Source: a virus. From it: DNA of 63,036 nt. Where the stretch lies: the IMG/VR virus record IMGVR_UViG_3300037504_000923, positions 1 through 63,036 of that record; one strand, written 5' to 3'. This document shows positions 1-9,128 of the stretch, piece by piece. Under the pieces are notes generated by a model, which did no database searches, was not told where the DNA came from, and was given only the letters and a program-made list of their open reading frames with translations. Every line of letters begins with the position of its first letter. Position 1 is the first letter of the stretch. The position numbers and the translations under genes are program-made.

Positions 1-127
1 GGGATATGAGACACCTGATAGGGTACCTGAGGTATTCAAAAATGTAAGGGATTGGAATATAGAGGACACAAATATTGTTAACGGAGCTTTTGCGGATTCA
101 TTGGCAGCTCTTTCTACTGACCTTGAA
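1..127. repeat. Terminal direct repeat, exact copy of 62910..63036 (overlap of a circularly closed contig)
   Basis: Bases 1-127 (gggatatgagacacc...ctgaccttgaa) recur verbatim as the last 127 bases. The recA-like reading frame is continuous across the junction. Confidence 0.95.
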
Positions 128-703
128 ATGGAGAAGGATGAAGGTGATAAGATGGGAGGGCGTAGGGCAAAAGAATTTTCGGAACAGCTGCGTAAAACTG
201 CCCGGATCATAAAAAGTAAGAATCTTTTGATGGTTTGTAGTAATCAAATCAGACAGACGATGAATTCGTTCGGCCCTAAATACACTTCTCCTGGTGGTGA
301 GGCAATTGGTTTTTATTCATCCGTACGACTGCAATTCAATAACGCCCAGAAAGTTTGGAAAGAAAAAAATACGAAAGGCAAAAAAATCAAAAAGGTGGTA
401 GGTGTGGAAACACAAATTGATGTGGCAAAAAATTCAACTTGGAAGCCTTATCGCTCTGCTCCCATTTACATTGATTATGATTATGGTATTGATGATATAC
501 GAACCAATTTGCAATTCATCAAGGATTACACCTCTCATAAAACTTATACATTGGATGGACAATCTTTGCATAATGAAATGGATAGAGCGATTCGTATTAT
601 TGAGAAAGATGACTTGGAAGAGCAGTTGAAGGAAGAGGTTATTGATTTGTGGGAAGAGATTGAGAGAAAATTTGTATCAAACCGTAAAAAGAAGAAGAGA
701 TGA
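1..703 (+). CDS. recA: RecA-family recombinase, C-terminal part (continuation of 62563..63036; bases 1-127 are duplicated)
   Basis: Codons starting at base 2 are in frame with the listed ORF 101..703. The joined product is about 349 aa. SLAALSTDLEMEKDEGDKMGGRRAKEFSEQLRKT...LLMVCSNQIRQTM resembles RecA DSVAAL...GD.HMG..AR.MSQALRKL...IFINQIR. Confidence 0.85.
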   Translation, partial: GYETPDRVPEVFKNVRDWNIEDTNIVNGAFADSLAALSTDLEMEKDEGDKMGGRRAKEFSEQLRKTARIIKSKNLLMVCSNQIRQTMNSFGPKYTSPGGEAIGFYSSVRLQFNNAQKVWKEKNTKGKKIKKVVGVETQIDVAKNSTWKPYRSAPIYIDYDYGIDDIRTNLQFIKDYTSHKTYTLDGQSLHNEMDRAIRIIEKDDLEEQLKEEVIDLWEEIERKFVSNRKKKKR

Positions 704-1266
704 AAAATGAATATAAAATAACAATAAACAGGAATTCAATCCGTAAAAATCCTCATTATCAACGCAAAGAACAGATGAAAGGAGCAGAACAATTCTATAT
801 AGTGATAGAAGCCGATATGTATGACAAGATTTTACCAACCATTGGTTCTTGTAGCGGAGGGTATTGGAGTGATAGATATGGATTTCGTCGTGAGTATATC
901 ATAGACAGAGCCTTAGATATGAAAGAACTTTACCTACTAATGAAAGGGATTAAAGAGGGATTCTATGAGATTGTTCATACAGATTATTCCTGCGATATGA
1001 TTGAAGTGACTTCTATTGATACTTATAACACCAAATACCTATACACCTATAACTTAGTAAGAATCCAATGTCCTGAATGCCATTCCACATTCATTTATGA
1101 CAAATTGAAAACAGAAACGGATTCAGATGAGAATGTGATCAGGAAAAACATTTGCCCAGTCTGTAATAAATCCGATTGTGCGAATTTGGTATTTGAGACT
1201 ATGAGTGAGAATGAATTGGCTGGATGGGCTGAGATAAATGGAAATAAAAAGAAAAAGGAATTATGA
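700..1266 (+). CDS. Hypothetical protein with C-terminal zinc ribbon
   Basis: ATGA overlap with the upstream gene. Has CPECH...CPVCNKSDC cysteine pairs. Confidence 0.6.
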   Translation: MKNEYKITINRNSIRKNPHYQRKEQMKGAEQFYIVIEADMYDKILPTIGSCSGGYWSDRYGFRREYIIDRALDMKELYLLMKGIKEGFYEIVHTDYSCDMIEVTSIDTYNTKYLYTYNLVRIQCPECHSTFIYDKLKTETDSDENVIRKNICPVCNKSDCANLVFETMSENELAGWAEINGNKKKKEL

Positions 1267-1649
1267 AACAAATAGTATTATTAACAGAAGTAGGATTAAA
1301 CCGTGTTTCTCAACACCAAAACGGTCAGGAATATCATATTGAATTAAGTTGTGCATTAATAAAATCTGATTATATCCCTGATTTGGATGCTAAGCAAGTA
1401 GGAGTGTCTCTACTACATGAGATTATGGATAAAATTGAATCAATTGAAATTAACACCAAAAAGCCCATTAATCCTGCACTTGCAGATTTCCTCTCGATGC
1501 AATACCCAGTAAAACGGTCTAAAATTGTGGAAGGATTTAATCGCTGTCAGAGTTATGATATACTGATGAAAGGACTTGAAAAAAGTTTAAAAGGAGGTAT
1601 TGATTTTATTGATATTATACAAGTATTGATTAACGAGGAAGAGGAATGA
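1263..1649 (+). CDS. Hypothetical protein
   Basis: Translationally coupled ORF (ATGA overlap) in a co-directional block. Confidence 0.55.
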   Translation: MKQIVLLTEVGLNRVSQHQNGQEYHIELSCALIKSDYIPDLDAKQVGVSLLHEIMDKIESIEINTKKPINPALADFLSMQYPVKRSKIVEGFNRCQSYDILMKGLEKSLKGGIDFIDIIQVLINEEEE

Positions 1650-1855
1650 CTTATAATGAAAAGACCTGCGCAAAATACAGGAAAAAATGGGTAAAGATTT
1701 GGTTTGATTTGAATTCATTCACGGGAATCATCCAGTCCACAAACCGTCAATTCCTTGTATTTGACATCAATAACGAATTTGAAATTAAAATCAGCTATAA
1801 ATCCATAAAAGACATACGACGTATTAAACCTAAAAAACAAAAGAAAAATGGATAA
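1646..1855 (+). CDS. Hypothetical small basic protein
   Basis: Coupled ORF, 69 aa. Confidence 0.45.
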   Translation: MTYNEKTCAKYRKKWVKIWFDLNSFTGIIQSTNRQFLVFDINNEFEIKISYKSIKDIRRIKPKKQKKNG

Positions 1856-2426
1856 AGAACTTATTAAAGAAAAAATAGATATTGGGTTCCAATTACTTGA
1901 CGGATTTGATTTGGAGATTATCGATAGAAAATATGCTCTTTGCCTAACAGAACTGACGAATATTCTAAGAGTGATAAAAAGAGAATTATCATACCTATCA
2001 AAAGAGGAAGAAAAAATACCTATTGAACCTGAAGTCATAGATTTTGATTATGATGAATATTCAAAAGGGATGTATGAACTGAAAACTCGTTGTGGTAATG
2101 AGGTTAATTATACAACAAAAATTAATAATGAAGATTTTCCTTTTGTATTTGTTATGAAAGTAAAGAATGCTCCTGATAAAATACTACATACCACAAAAAA
2201 TGGAAAAACCACTCCTGTACTTGGACAACATCCTTATGATGTACAAATGTATCTTAAAGAATTATATGTTAATCTATATGGAGTGTGGGATGAGGAAAAG
2301 GAAACATGGTATGATATAGTTTGTTCTCAGCCTTTGGAAAAGGATTTTGCCTTTATTGTTAATAAATATGCACCAGTAATAGGAGAATCAGTAAAAACAA
2401 AAATCAAAACCATACAAATAAGATGA
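1848..2426 (+). CDS. Hypothetical protein
   Basis: 192-aa ORF overlapping its neighbours by a few nt. Confidence 0.55.
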   Translation: MDKELIKEKIDIGFQLLDGFDLEIIDRKYALCLTELTNILRVIKRELSYLSKEEEKIPIEPEVIDFDYDEYSKGMYELKTRCGNEVNYTTKINNEDFPFVFVMKVKNAPDKILHTTKNGKTTPVLGQHPYDVQMYLKELYVNLYGVWDEEKETWYDIVCSQPLEKDFAFIVNKYAPVIGESVKTKIKTIQIR

Positions 2427-2989
2427 AAAGACAATCAAAAAAGAATAAACCATGCATCCTGACACTCGATCCATCGCTGAAAGCTTGGGGATGGGCAGTC
2501 GTTGATTTAGAAGGGGAGGTATTGGATTATGGATGTATTGAGACTAAACCGGATGATAAAAAAAGCAGAATCAGAAAAGGAGACCAGTTGATAAGACGTA
2601 CGACAGAATTGGCTCATGTATTGTGGACTGAGATAATACAGAGATATGATATTTGGTTGATACTATCTGAATTACCTCACGGAGCACAGTCCTACAATGG
2701 AGCTATAATCATAGGACTGACAGCTGGTATGAATGTAATGATGTCATACGCCTCAAGCATTGCAATTGAGTGGTACAGTGAAAATGATGTCAAGAAATTC
2801 CTTTTCAATAGGAAAGGTGTTTCAAAAGAGGAGATGAAGGAGAAAATATATTCTATGATGGATGTAAAATCACTTGGTTCAAAAGTGAGAGATTATGGAG
2901 TGGCAGATGCTTTGGCTGTGTATCAAACGGCATTAGGACAATCAGATAATTTGAAAGTTATTAAAACAATGAATAGAAAAAATTATTGA
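2423..2989 (+). CDS. ruvC: RuvC-like Holliday junction resolvase
   Basis: ILTLDPSLKAWGWAVVD (first catalytic Asp), LILSELPHG (Glu) and YGVADALAVYQTAL (C-terminal Asp) follow the RuvC/RNase H-fold pattern. Confidence 0.7.
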   Translation: MKRQSKKNKPCILTLDPSLKAWGWAVVDLEGEVLDYGCIETKPDDKKSRIRKGDQLIRRTTELAHVLWTEIIQRYDIWLILSELPHGAQSYNGAIIIGLTAGMNVMMSYASSIAIEWYSENDVKKFLFNRKGVSKEEMKEKIYSMMDVKSLGSKVRDYGVADALAVYQTALGQSDNLKVIKTMNRKNY

Positions 2990-3489
2990 GAGTTATGAGT
3001 CATAATGAATTAGTTGAAATAGGATACAAATGGTTGGATACTCGGTGTGGGGTAGTATTCAAAGAACTCACCAGTTTAGGACCTTTTAGAGAAATACCTG
3101 ATGTCATTGGTTTTATAAGTGAGGGTTCATTCTTATTGGAAGCAAAGACTTCCCGTTCGGATTTTTTCAATGATACAAAAAAGAGATTCCGTATGAAACC
3201 ACACCATGGTATGGGTGATTGGAGGTTTATTATTTGTGAGAAAGGAATCATTGAAAAAGGAGAGGTTATTCTTATGCCGGGTACATGGGGGCTGATTGAG
3301 GTGAATGAAAAAGGTAAAGCGAAGATGAGGTTCAATCCATTTGGAAAAGGTAATATTTACAGTAATTGGGAAAGGAATGAAAAGAATCAGGTAGCAGAAA
3401 TACAATTAATGTATAGTGCTTTGAGAAGACTACATAAAAAAGGACTGACTGAAAAGATTTACAATAATCCAAATCACACCTATATTTAG
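2986..3489 (+). CDS. PD-(D/E)XK family nuclease
   Basis: IPDVIGF...LLEAKTSRSDF gives a PD...ExK motif. Confidence 0.55.
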   Translation: MRVMSHNELVEIGYKWLDTRCGVVFKELTSLGPFREIPDVIGFISEGSFLLEAKTSRSDFFNDTKKRFRMKPHHGMGDWRFIICEKGIIEKGEVILMPGTWGLIEVNEKGKAKMRFNPFGKGNIYSNWERNEKNQVAEIQLMYSALRRLHKKGLTEKIYNNPNHTYI

Positions 3490-3494
3490 AATTT

Positions 3495-3505
3495 TTTGTA
3501 TAATA
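3495..3505 (+). promoter_or_regulatory. Conserved 11-mer TTTGTATAATA (extended -10-like TGnTATAAT), copy 1
   Basis: Exact 11-mer in an intergenic spacer, preceded by a T-run, 12 nt upstream of the ATG at 3518. Confidence 0.5.
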
Positions 3506-3517
3506 AAGTAAAAAGAC

Positions 3518-3697
3518 ATGAATTGGTTGGAAAACATAGAATGGTTATATCATCATCTAAAACAAGGAGACAGATGTGTCATAACCACCAATGATCCCGA
3601 TTGGAAAAGACTTGTTTTTGAACAGATAACGGGTGAGCGATTGATATTGAAACGATTATTTTTCACTTCTAACCTCTACAAAGCCACATTAAAATGA
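3518..3697 (+). CDS. Hypothetical small protein (59 aa, below the ORF-track cutoff)
   Basis: Hand translation MNWLENIEWLYHHLKQGDRCVITTNDPDWKRLVFEQITGERLILKRLFFTSNLYKATLK. Its stop overlaps the next ATG (ATGA) and it fills an otherwise empty gap. Confidence 0.5.
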   Translation: MNWLENIEWLYHHLKQGDRCVITTNDPDWKRLVFEQITGERLILKRLFFTSNLYKATLK

Positions 3698-4740
3698 TAA
3701 ATAAAATACATATAAAAAACATTCAATCACATGAGGATTCCCGGCTTGAATTCTCAAAAGGACTGAATGTCATAGTAGGAGAATCAGATGCTGGTAAATC
3801 TGCTATAATAAGAGCTTTGCGTTGGATCATAGAAAACCGCCCAATGGGAGATTCAATACGTTCTTCGTGGGGTGGAGAGAGTAAAGCAGTCATTCAATTA
3901 ACGGAAGGTAATGAAGTAGGCAGAGTTAAGTCAAAAAAGAAAAATGAATATTATCTAAACAATCAAATATTCAAAGCAATTAAATCCGATGTACCTCCTG
4001 AAATCGCAGATGCCCTCCGATTAAATTACACCAATATTAAATACCAAATTGATCCTCATTTCCTTATATCGAAAACGCCCGGAGAAGTGGCAAAACACTT
4101 CAACCGAGTAGCTCAACTAAATCAAATTGATTTAGGATATAAAAATATAGATGGTTGGATTAGTGGGCATAAACAGGATTTAAGCAAAATTGAAAAAGAC
4201 ATAGAAGAAATAAACCAAGACCTTATTCAGTACAAAGACCTTGATAAAATAGAAACGCAGGTTGAAGTATTGGAAGAGATTGAAAAAAGTAAGAAAAACG
4301 ATAAGGAAAGTAAAAAACAATTGCGAGAATTGAAAAGTCAGATTGAGGAAACGGATGGAAAGATTAATGCGTTTGATGAGTTGTTGGATTTTGAAAAACG
4401 TATTGATCCCATTCTCAATCTCTATGACAAAAGGAAAGAAGTATTGACGAAGGCCAGTGAATTACAAGAATTAACAACTGAAATATCAAAAGTACAATTG
4501 GATATTGATTATGAACAATCCCTTCTTTCTCATGAAGAGCAGATTGACTCGTTAATTAGCATAATAGGGAAGAGGGATGAGAAGAATGAGGAGTTAGAAG
4601 AATTGAGTGAAATTATGGAAAACTTAAATAAAACGATTTTAAGGCTCGAACGTAAAGAAAACAAATTAATAGACCTTGAAGAAGAATTTCATGAAAATAT
4701 GAAAGGAAAATGTCCTTTATGCGGTTCAAAAATAGATTAA
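3694..4740 (+). CDS. Rad50/SbcC-like ATPase, N-terminal half (Walker A, coiled coil, terminal CxxC)
   Basis: IHIKNIQSHEDSRLEFSKGLNVIVGESDAGKSAIIRAL is an SMC/Rad50-type N-terminus. A long heptad-rich region follows, and the product ends in KCPLCGSKID. Confidence 0.7.
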   Translation: MINKIHIKNIQSHEDSRLEFSKGLNVIVGESDAGKSAIIRALRWIIENRPMGDSIRSSWGGESKAVIQLTEGNEVGRVKSKKKNEYYLNNQIFKAIKSDVPPEIADALRLNYTNIKYQIDPHFLISKTPGEVAKHFNRVAQLNQIDLGYKNIDGWISGHKQDLSKIEKDIEEINQDLIQYKDLDKIETQVEVLEEIEKSKKNDKESKKQLRELKSQIEETDGKINAFDELLDFEKRIDPILNLYDKRKEVLTKASELQELTTEISKVQLDIDYEQSLLSHEEQIDSLISIIGKRDEKNEELEELSEIMENLNKTILRLERKENKLIDLEEEFHENMKGKCPLCGSKID

Positions 4741-4742
4741 TC

Positions 4743-6116
4743 ATGAAAGAATTACCAAATATAGTAAAAAATGAAATAAGTGAAGCAGAATCTGCTTCTT
4801 ATATTGAACGTCTTAGAAATGGAGGTTCAATTACAATTGAAATGAAATGGAAGAAACCTATAAATTTAAACATTATGGAAACAAAAAATGAAACATTATT
4901 AGCCGGATTAAAGGAGTTACTTTCAATAATGATAGGAGAACCTCGGTATTCTGGTCTTTGCACAAATGCTAAGAATATTAAAGATGTAAATCAATATCAT
5001 GAAGTACAAAAATTTTTAGATAAAAATTTGCCAGAAAGAAAATACCTAAATAACATGGGACAACTTGCTTTTTCATGGGATATGAAGGATATACAATCCC
5101 GTATTAATTGGTTGGAAAAACAGATTATGAAAATAGAGGGAAAAGGAAAAAATGATAAAGAATTTAAATTACTCACTCTACTTCCCAAGTTAAGACGACT
5201 TGTTGAAGCTGCAAACCATGATGATTATGCCGGACCTCGTGGGATTTGTGAATTCGTAAATATGGGGAATTTTGACGATTCTGAACAATTAGAATTATTA
5301 GAAGATTTCCTTAAATTCAATCTACCTCCTTTTCGTATGAAAGGCAGTACTTATTGTTGGCCTCCTGATGACAAACAATCTCGTTTGGATTGGTTAGATG
5401 AGCAAATTAGAAAATTACAATCCGTCACTACCACTGACCCGAAGAAAGGGGAAAAGACAGAATATATCCACACTCGTATGACGGAACAACAAAAGGATTC
5501 AATATATCGTCTAAAGGATTCAATAGATGAGGAGATTAGAAGAAAGACAGAAAGAGATTTTCATAAACATATAACTGATCCTTTTACTCATCTAACGATG
5601 CCTCCTCGTCTAACATGTTCTCCTGAACTTGGGCCGAGACTCTTTTGGATGGATGAACAAATTAAAAAAATAGTAGAGGAAATAAGAGCAAGACAAAATG
5701 AAGGTTCTACAAACGTCCGGGTCATATTGGATGGATCACTCCAAGATAATTCCATGATTATAAGAGCAGGGAAGAAGGCATTTCAGGCATTAGAAAAAAC
5801 AGATTCAGATGTTAAAGGATTTGATGCTAATGACCATAGATTACCAAAGGTATTGGAATTATTGATCACTCTGCGTTCATTTACAGGAGATTTCTATCAA
5901 TACCACGATAATGGACTTTGCACTCTTATCTCTGTACTTGTTAATGAAGAAGCTAAATTGAATAATGAAGAAGCAAGGTTACTTAATCGATATCTAAAAT
6001 ATAATCTACCTCCTAGAGATATTAACAAGTATTATTGTTGGAATCCTGAGGATAAGCAATCTCGTGTTGAATGGTTGGGTGAGCAAATAGCTAAAGTTAA
6101 AGAATTGATAAAATGA
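4743..6116 (+). CDS. Hypothetical protein with four internal repeats
   Basis: Repeats: FSWDMKDIQSRINWLEKQI, YCWPPDDKQSRLDWLDEQI, PELGPRLFWMDEQI and YCWNPEDKQSRVEWLGEQI. The start is taken at the ATG at 4743, just after the upstream stop. Confidence 0.6.
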   Translation: MKELPNIVKNEISEAESASYIERLRNGGSITIEMKWKKPINLNIMETKNETLLAGLKELLSIMIGEPRYSGLCTNAKNIKDVNQYHEVQKFLDKNLPERKYLNNMGQLAFSWDMKDIQSRINWLEKQIMKIEGKGKNDKEFKLLTLLPKLRRLVEAANHDDYAGPRGICEFVNMGNFDDSEQLELLEDFLKFNLPPFRMKGSTYCWPPDDKQSRLDWLDEQIRKLQSVTTTDPKKGEKTEYIHTRMTEQQKDSIYRLKDSIDEEIRRKTERDFHKHITDPFTHLTMPPRLTCSPELGPRLFWMDEQIKKIVEEIRARQNEGSTNVRVILDGSLQDNSMIIRAGKKAFQALEKTDSDVKGFDANDHRLPKVLELLITLRSFTGDFYQYHDNGLCTLISVLVNEEAKLNNEEARLLNRYLKYNLPPRDINKYYCWNPEDKQSRVEWLGEQIAKVKELIK

Positions 6117-7000
6117 GAAGACAAAAAAGAAGTAAAAATAAAAAAGCGGATTTAATTATTGTATCAGATATTCATTTGATGGAACGACAACCCCCTGCCC
6201 GTACCGATGATTTTGTGTCTGCTCAATTCATAAAACTTGACTTTATTTCTCAGTTACAAAAGGAACATGATTGTGATGTAGTTTGTGGAGGTGATTTATT
6301 CGATCATTGGAAACCCTCTCCTTGGTTAATCAGAAAAACAATAAAACATTTACCTGGCAGATTTCACACGGTGTATGGTCAACATGACCTCCAAAATCAT
6401 AATTTCGAATTATGGGAAAAATCAGGAATTGCAGTATTAGAAGCAGCAGGAGCGTTGACAGTATTAGATGAAGCTCATTGGGGGCATAAACCAAAGGAAG
6501 GATCATTGTTTTTCCCGCGATATGAAAGAAGCATTTTGGTATGGCATAAATATAATTATATTGGAAAACAACCGTGGCCTGATTGTCAAGAACCTACCGG
6601 ACATACTCTATTGGATGACCACCCGGAATTTGATCTTATCATCACCGGAGACAATCATATTCCTTTTGTAGTGAAAAAAGACGGTAGATTATTGGTTAAT
6701 CCTGGATCAATGACCCGTACAAAAGCCGATCAAATTGATCATGGACCCCGTGTATATCTTTGGTATGCTGAAGAAAATAAAGTTGAACCTGTGTACCTAC
6801 CAATCGCAGATGATGTGGTGTCTCGTGAACATATTGACAAAAAACAAGCTCGGGATGATCGTCTCGATGCTTTCATTTCGCGATTGGATAGTGAGTGGTT
6901 AGTATCTTTGAATTTTGAGGATAATTTGAAGGAATTTTCTCAAAAAAATAAAGTATCAAATAAAGTCATGGAAGTTATTTGGGATGCAATTGAAAAATAA
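6113..7000 (+). CDS. Mre11/SbcD-like metallophosphoesterase nuclease
   Basis: Calcineurin-like phosphoesterase motifs SDIHL, GGDLFDH, GQHD and ITGDNH. Confidence 0.75.
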   Translation: MRRQKRSKNKKADLIIVSDIHLMERQPPARTDDFVSAQFIKLDFISQLQKEHDCDVVCGGDLFDHWKPSPWLIRKTIKHLPGRFHTVYGQHDLQNHNFELWEKSGIAVLEAAGALTVLDEAHWGHKPKEGSLFFPRYERSILVWHKYNYIGKQPWPDCQEPTGHTLLDDHPEFDLIITGDNHIPFVVKKDGRLLVNPGSMTRTKADQIDHGPRVYLWYAEENKVEPVYLPIADDVVSREHIDKKQARDDRLDAFISRLDSEWLVSLNFEDNLKEFSQKNKVSNKVMEVIWDAIEK

Positions 7001-7011
7001 TTTGTATAATA
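7001..7011 (+). promoter_or_regulatory. Conserved 11-mer TTTGTATAATA, copy 2
   Basis: Exact 11-mer immediately after the stop at 7000 and 13 nt upstream of the ATG at 7025. Confidence 0.5.
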
Positions 7012-7024
7012 TAATAAAAACGTT

Positions 7025-7294
7025 ATGACAAACAAACAACTACAAAGAGCAAAAGAGCTTGAAGAGCTTGGTAAAAGAACAAAGGAAACTATTAATGTTC
7101 TTCAGAATATGGTAGATGATACCAGTGAACAGAATTGGAAATATTTTCCTTTACTTCTAACAAGAAATCAACACCCGACTGCTCATCTTCATGACATTAT
7201 GTCGGTGAAAGACCAGAAAGAAATCATTAAATTAACCATCTTCAAACTTCAGGATAATTTGAAGGAGATTGAAGACGAATTCAAAAATCTGTGA
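7025..7294 (+). CDS. Hypothetical protein
   Basis: 89-aa ORF directly downstream of the motif. Confidence 0.5.
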   Translation: MTNKQLQRAKELEELGKRTKETINVLQNMVDDTSEQNWKYFPLLLTRNQHPTAHLHDIMSVKDQKEIIKLTIFKLQDNLKEIEDEFKNL

Positions 7295-7295
7295 T

Positions 7296-7544
7296 ATGAA
7301 AATGTATTCATTAGGATATTTCGCTTCAGGACATAAAGGTATTTGTCAAAATGATTTCACGAATAGTAAAGTGATTGATATTAATTTGGATTTCATTTTG
7401 TCTATAACCAGACCTGAATTATTCACTACTCCATTAACTGATAAACCAATTGCTTATTATTCAATAGTAACAATGTATAATAGTGATAAATATTATATAA
7501 CTGAATCTGAATATGAACGATTAATAAAATATATAAAATCATGA
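7296..7544 (+). CDS. Hypothetical protein
   Basis: In-frame ATG at 7296, one nt after the upstream stop. The listed ORF begins at 7269. Confidence 0.5.
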   Translation: MKMYSLGYFASGHKGICQNDFTNSKVIDINLDFILSITRPELFTTPLTDKPIAYYSIVTMYNSDKYYITESEYERLIKYIKS

Positions 7545-7774
7545 CCCGTAAAAAAAGAACGTACAAAGCAGGATGGAATGGAAAGAACATTCCGTTTAAA
7601 GGTGATACGAAAGAAGTTGGTAATATCGTAAGCCCATTTGTTAACAGAAAGCAAAGAAGATCCGGGATGCCACAAAACATCCTACCAAATTCAACGAAAG
7701 TAGGTAATCTGCCAAACGGAGTAACTCCACCATTGAGAAACATGAAACAATTGAAATATGCAGGACTTAGGTAA
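7541..7774 (+). CDS. Hypothetical basic protein
   Basis: ATGA overlap with the upstream ORF. Confidence 0.45.
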   Translation: MTRKKRTYKAGWNGKNIPFKGDTKEVGNIVSPFVNRKQRRSGMPQNILPNSTKVGNLPNGVTPPLRNMKQLKYAGLR

Positions 7775-7931
7775 TAAAGAAAGACATGAGATCATACAAA
7801 AGATAAAAAACGCCCGGACTGAGGTTGAATTGGATATTATCCACAGACAATACCCGGATGTTTTTTACGATGATCAACAATTAAATTCACTTATGTATTC
7901 ACAACGGTATAAAATACTTGAAAATGAATAA
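7758..7931 (+). CDS. Hypothetical small protein (57 aa, below the cutoff)
   Basis: Hand translation MQDLGNKERHEIIQKIKNARTEVELDIIHRQYPDVFYDDQQLNSLMYSQRYKILENE. It fills a gap and overlaps both neighbours. Confidence 0.4.
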   Translation: MQDLGNKERHEIIQKIKNARTEVELDIIHRQYPDVFYDDQQLNSLMYSQRYKILENE

Positions 7932-8163
7932 GACTGAAGAAAAGCTGTTAAAGCTCAAAAAAGAGATTGAAGAGGGTAAATTTAAAGTCTCTGAATTAAA
8001 AGGAACCAAGTCTCATCTTATTCAAACTCTGAAAAAAAAGTGGGGATGTTCATCAGTGGAGGAAGCTCAGGAAAAAATAAAGGAGTTTGAAGAGCAGATT
8101 GAAAAATATGACAAACAAATTGAAAAAGGTATAAAGGAATTGGAAGATGAATACGACTTCTAA
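7924..8163 (+). CDS. Hypothetical coiled-coil protein
   Basis: ATG at 7924 lies within the listed ORF 7918..8163. The sequence is charged and heptad-rich. Confidence 0.5.
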   Translation: MNKTEEKLLKLKKEIEEGKFKVSELKGTKSHLIQTLKKKWGCSSVEEAQEKIKEFEEQIEKYDKQIEKGIKELEDEYDF

Positions 8164-8323
8164 CTTATTGGTATTTCATTTTGCTCCAAATGCTTCACCT
8201 GCGGTTTGGATTTGGATTAACATTGATCCTATTAAACAAGGAAATACCTTCTATCAATATTATCAAGGAGAGGTAACTTTATATGGAGAGCATTTCGATA
8301 AATTTAAAATATTTCCAAACTAA
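8147..8323 (+). CDS. Hypothetical small protein (58 aa, below the cutoff)
   Basis: Hand translation MNTTSNLLVFHFAPNASPAVWIWINIDPIKQGNTFYQYYQGEVTLYGEHFDKFKIFPN. It has a TAATG junction with the next ORF. Confidence 0.45.
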   Translation: MNTTSNLLVFHFAPNASPAVWIWINIDPIKQGNTFYQYYQGEVTLYGEHFDKFKIFPN

Positions 8324-8535
8324 TGAAAAAGCCTTTTTTAAATAGCGAACAAAGAAGTTGTCTGAAGTATTATAGACTTGGTAGAAGGCATAGAAGATTT
8401 TTGCCCGAGATGTATGATGAAGGGGCTTTTTTAGAATCTAAATACCAAAAGGCTTTACTTTTCAGAGAGTTGATAAATAAAATAAAAATAAATAGGCTTG
8501 TAGAATGGATTTACAAACGATTAGACAAAAATTAG
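8323..8535 (+). CDS. Hypothetical protein
   Basis: 70-aa ORF in a coupled arrangement. Confidence 0.45.
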   Translation: MKKPFLNSEQRSCLKYYRLGRRHRRFLPEMYDEGAFLESKYQKALLFRELINKIKINRLVEWIYKRLDKN

Positions 8536-9128
8536 AACAAAGAAAAGGACAAAAGCAGCAGCTCCTCAAAAACAAACAGCGTGTAAAACAGAAACAAAAA
8601 GCTGCAAAACAGAGTTTGAGGAGATGTGAAAAAGCCCGTGAGATATTGAAGGAAGTGGCTATTCAAACACAACAACAGCTTCAATATCATATTTCAAATA
8701 TAACCACCACGGCTTTGGAAGCTGTATTTGATGATCCTTATCAATTAGAGGTGGAATTCGTCGAACGACGAAATAAAACGGAGTGTGATATATATTTCAC
8801 TCGGGATGATTCGCGGGTGGATCCTCTGCAAGCGAGTGGGTATGGAGCGGTAGATGTAGCTTCATTCGCCCTGCGAGTGGCGAGTTGGTCAATGGAAAAT
8901 CCTCGTTCCCGTCCGACGTTAATATTGGATGAACCTTTTAAACACTTGAAAGGAGAGGAAGCTAATCGCAGGGTGTTGCAAATGGTAAAAGAAGTTTGTG
9001 ATAAATTAGGATTACAAATTATTATGGTATCAGACGAGAGAGTATCCCGGGAAGCTACTATTGAAGCCACCGACCGGTTATTTGATGTCTCGATTAAGAA
9101 TGGAAAATCAAAAATCAAAGTACAATGA
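8505..9128 (+). CDS. Rad50/SbcC-like ATPase, C-terminal half (signature motif, Walker B, D-loop)
   Basis: Short coiled coil, then LQASGYGAVDVASFALRVA (ABC/SMC signature-like) and PTLILDEPFKHL...IIMVSDE (Walker B/D-loop). Confidence 0.7.
   Translation: MDLQTIRQKLEQRKGQKQQLLKNKQRVKQKQKAAKQSLRRCEKAREILKEVAIQTQQQLQYHISNITTTALEAVFDDPYQLEVEFVERRNKTECDIYFTRDDSRVDPLQASGYGAVDVASFALRVASWSMENPRSRPTLILDEPFKHLKGEEANRRVLQMVKEVCDKLGLQIIMVSDERVSREATIEATDRLFDVSIKNGKSKIKVQ

Noticed and set aside
7837-7845. A perfect DnaA box, TTATCCACA.
   Set aside because: It is a single copy inside a small ORF. One occurrence of a 9-mer in about 126 kb of two-strand sequence is within chance expectation, and it shows no clustering.
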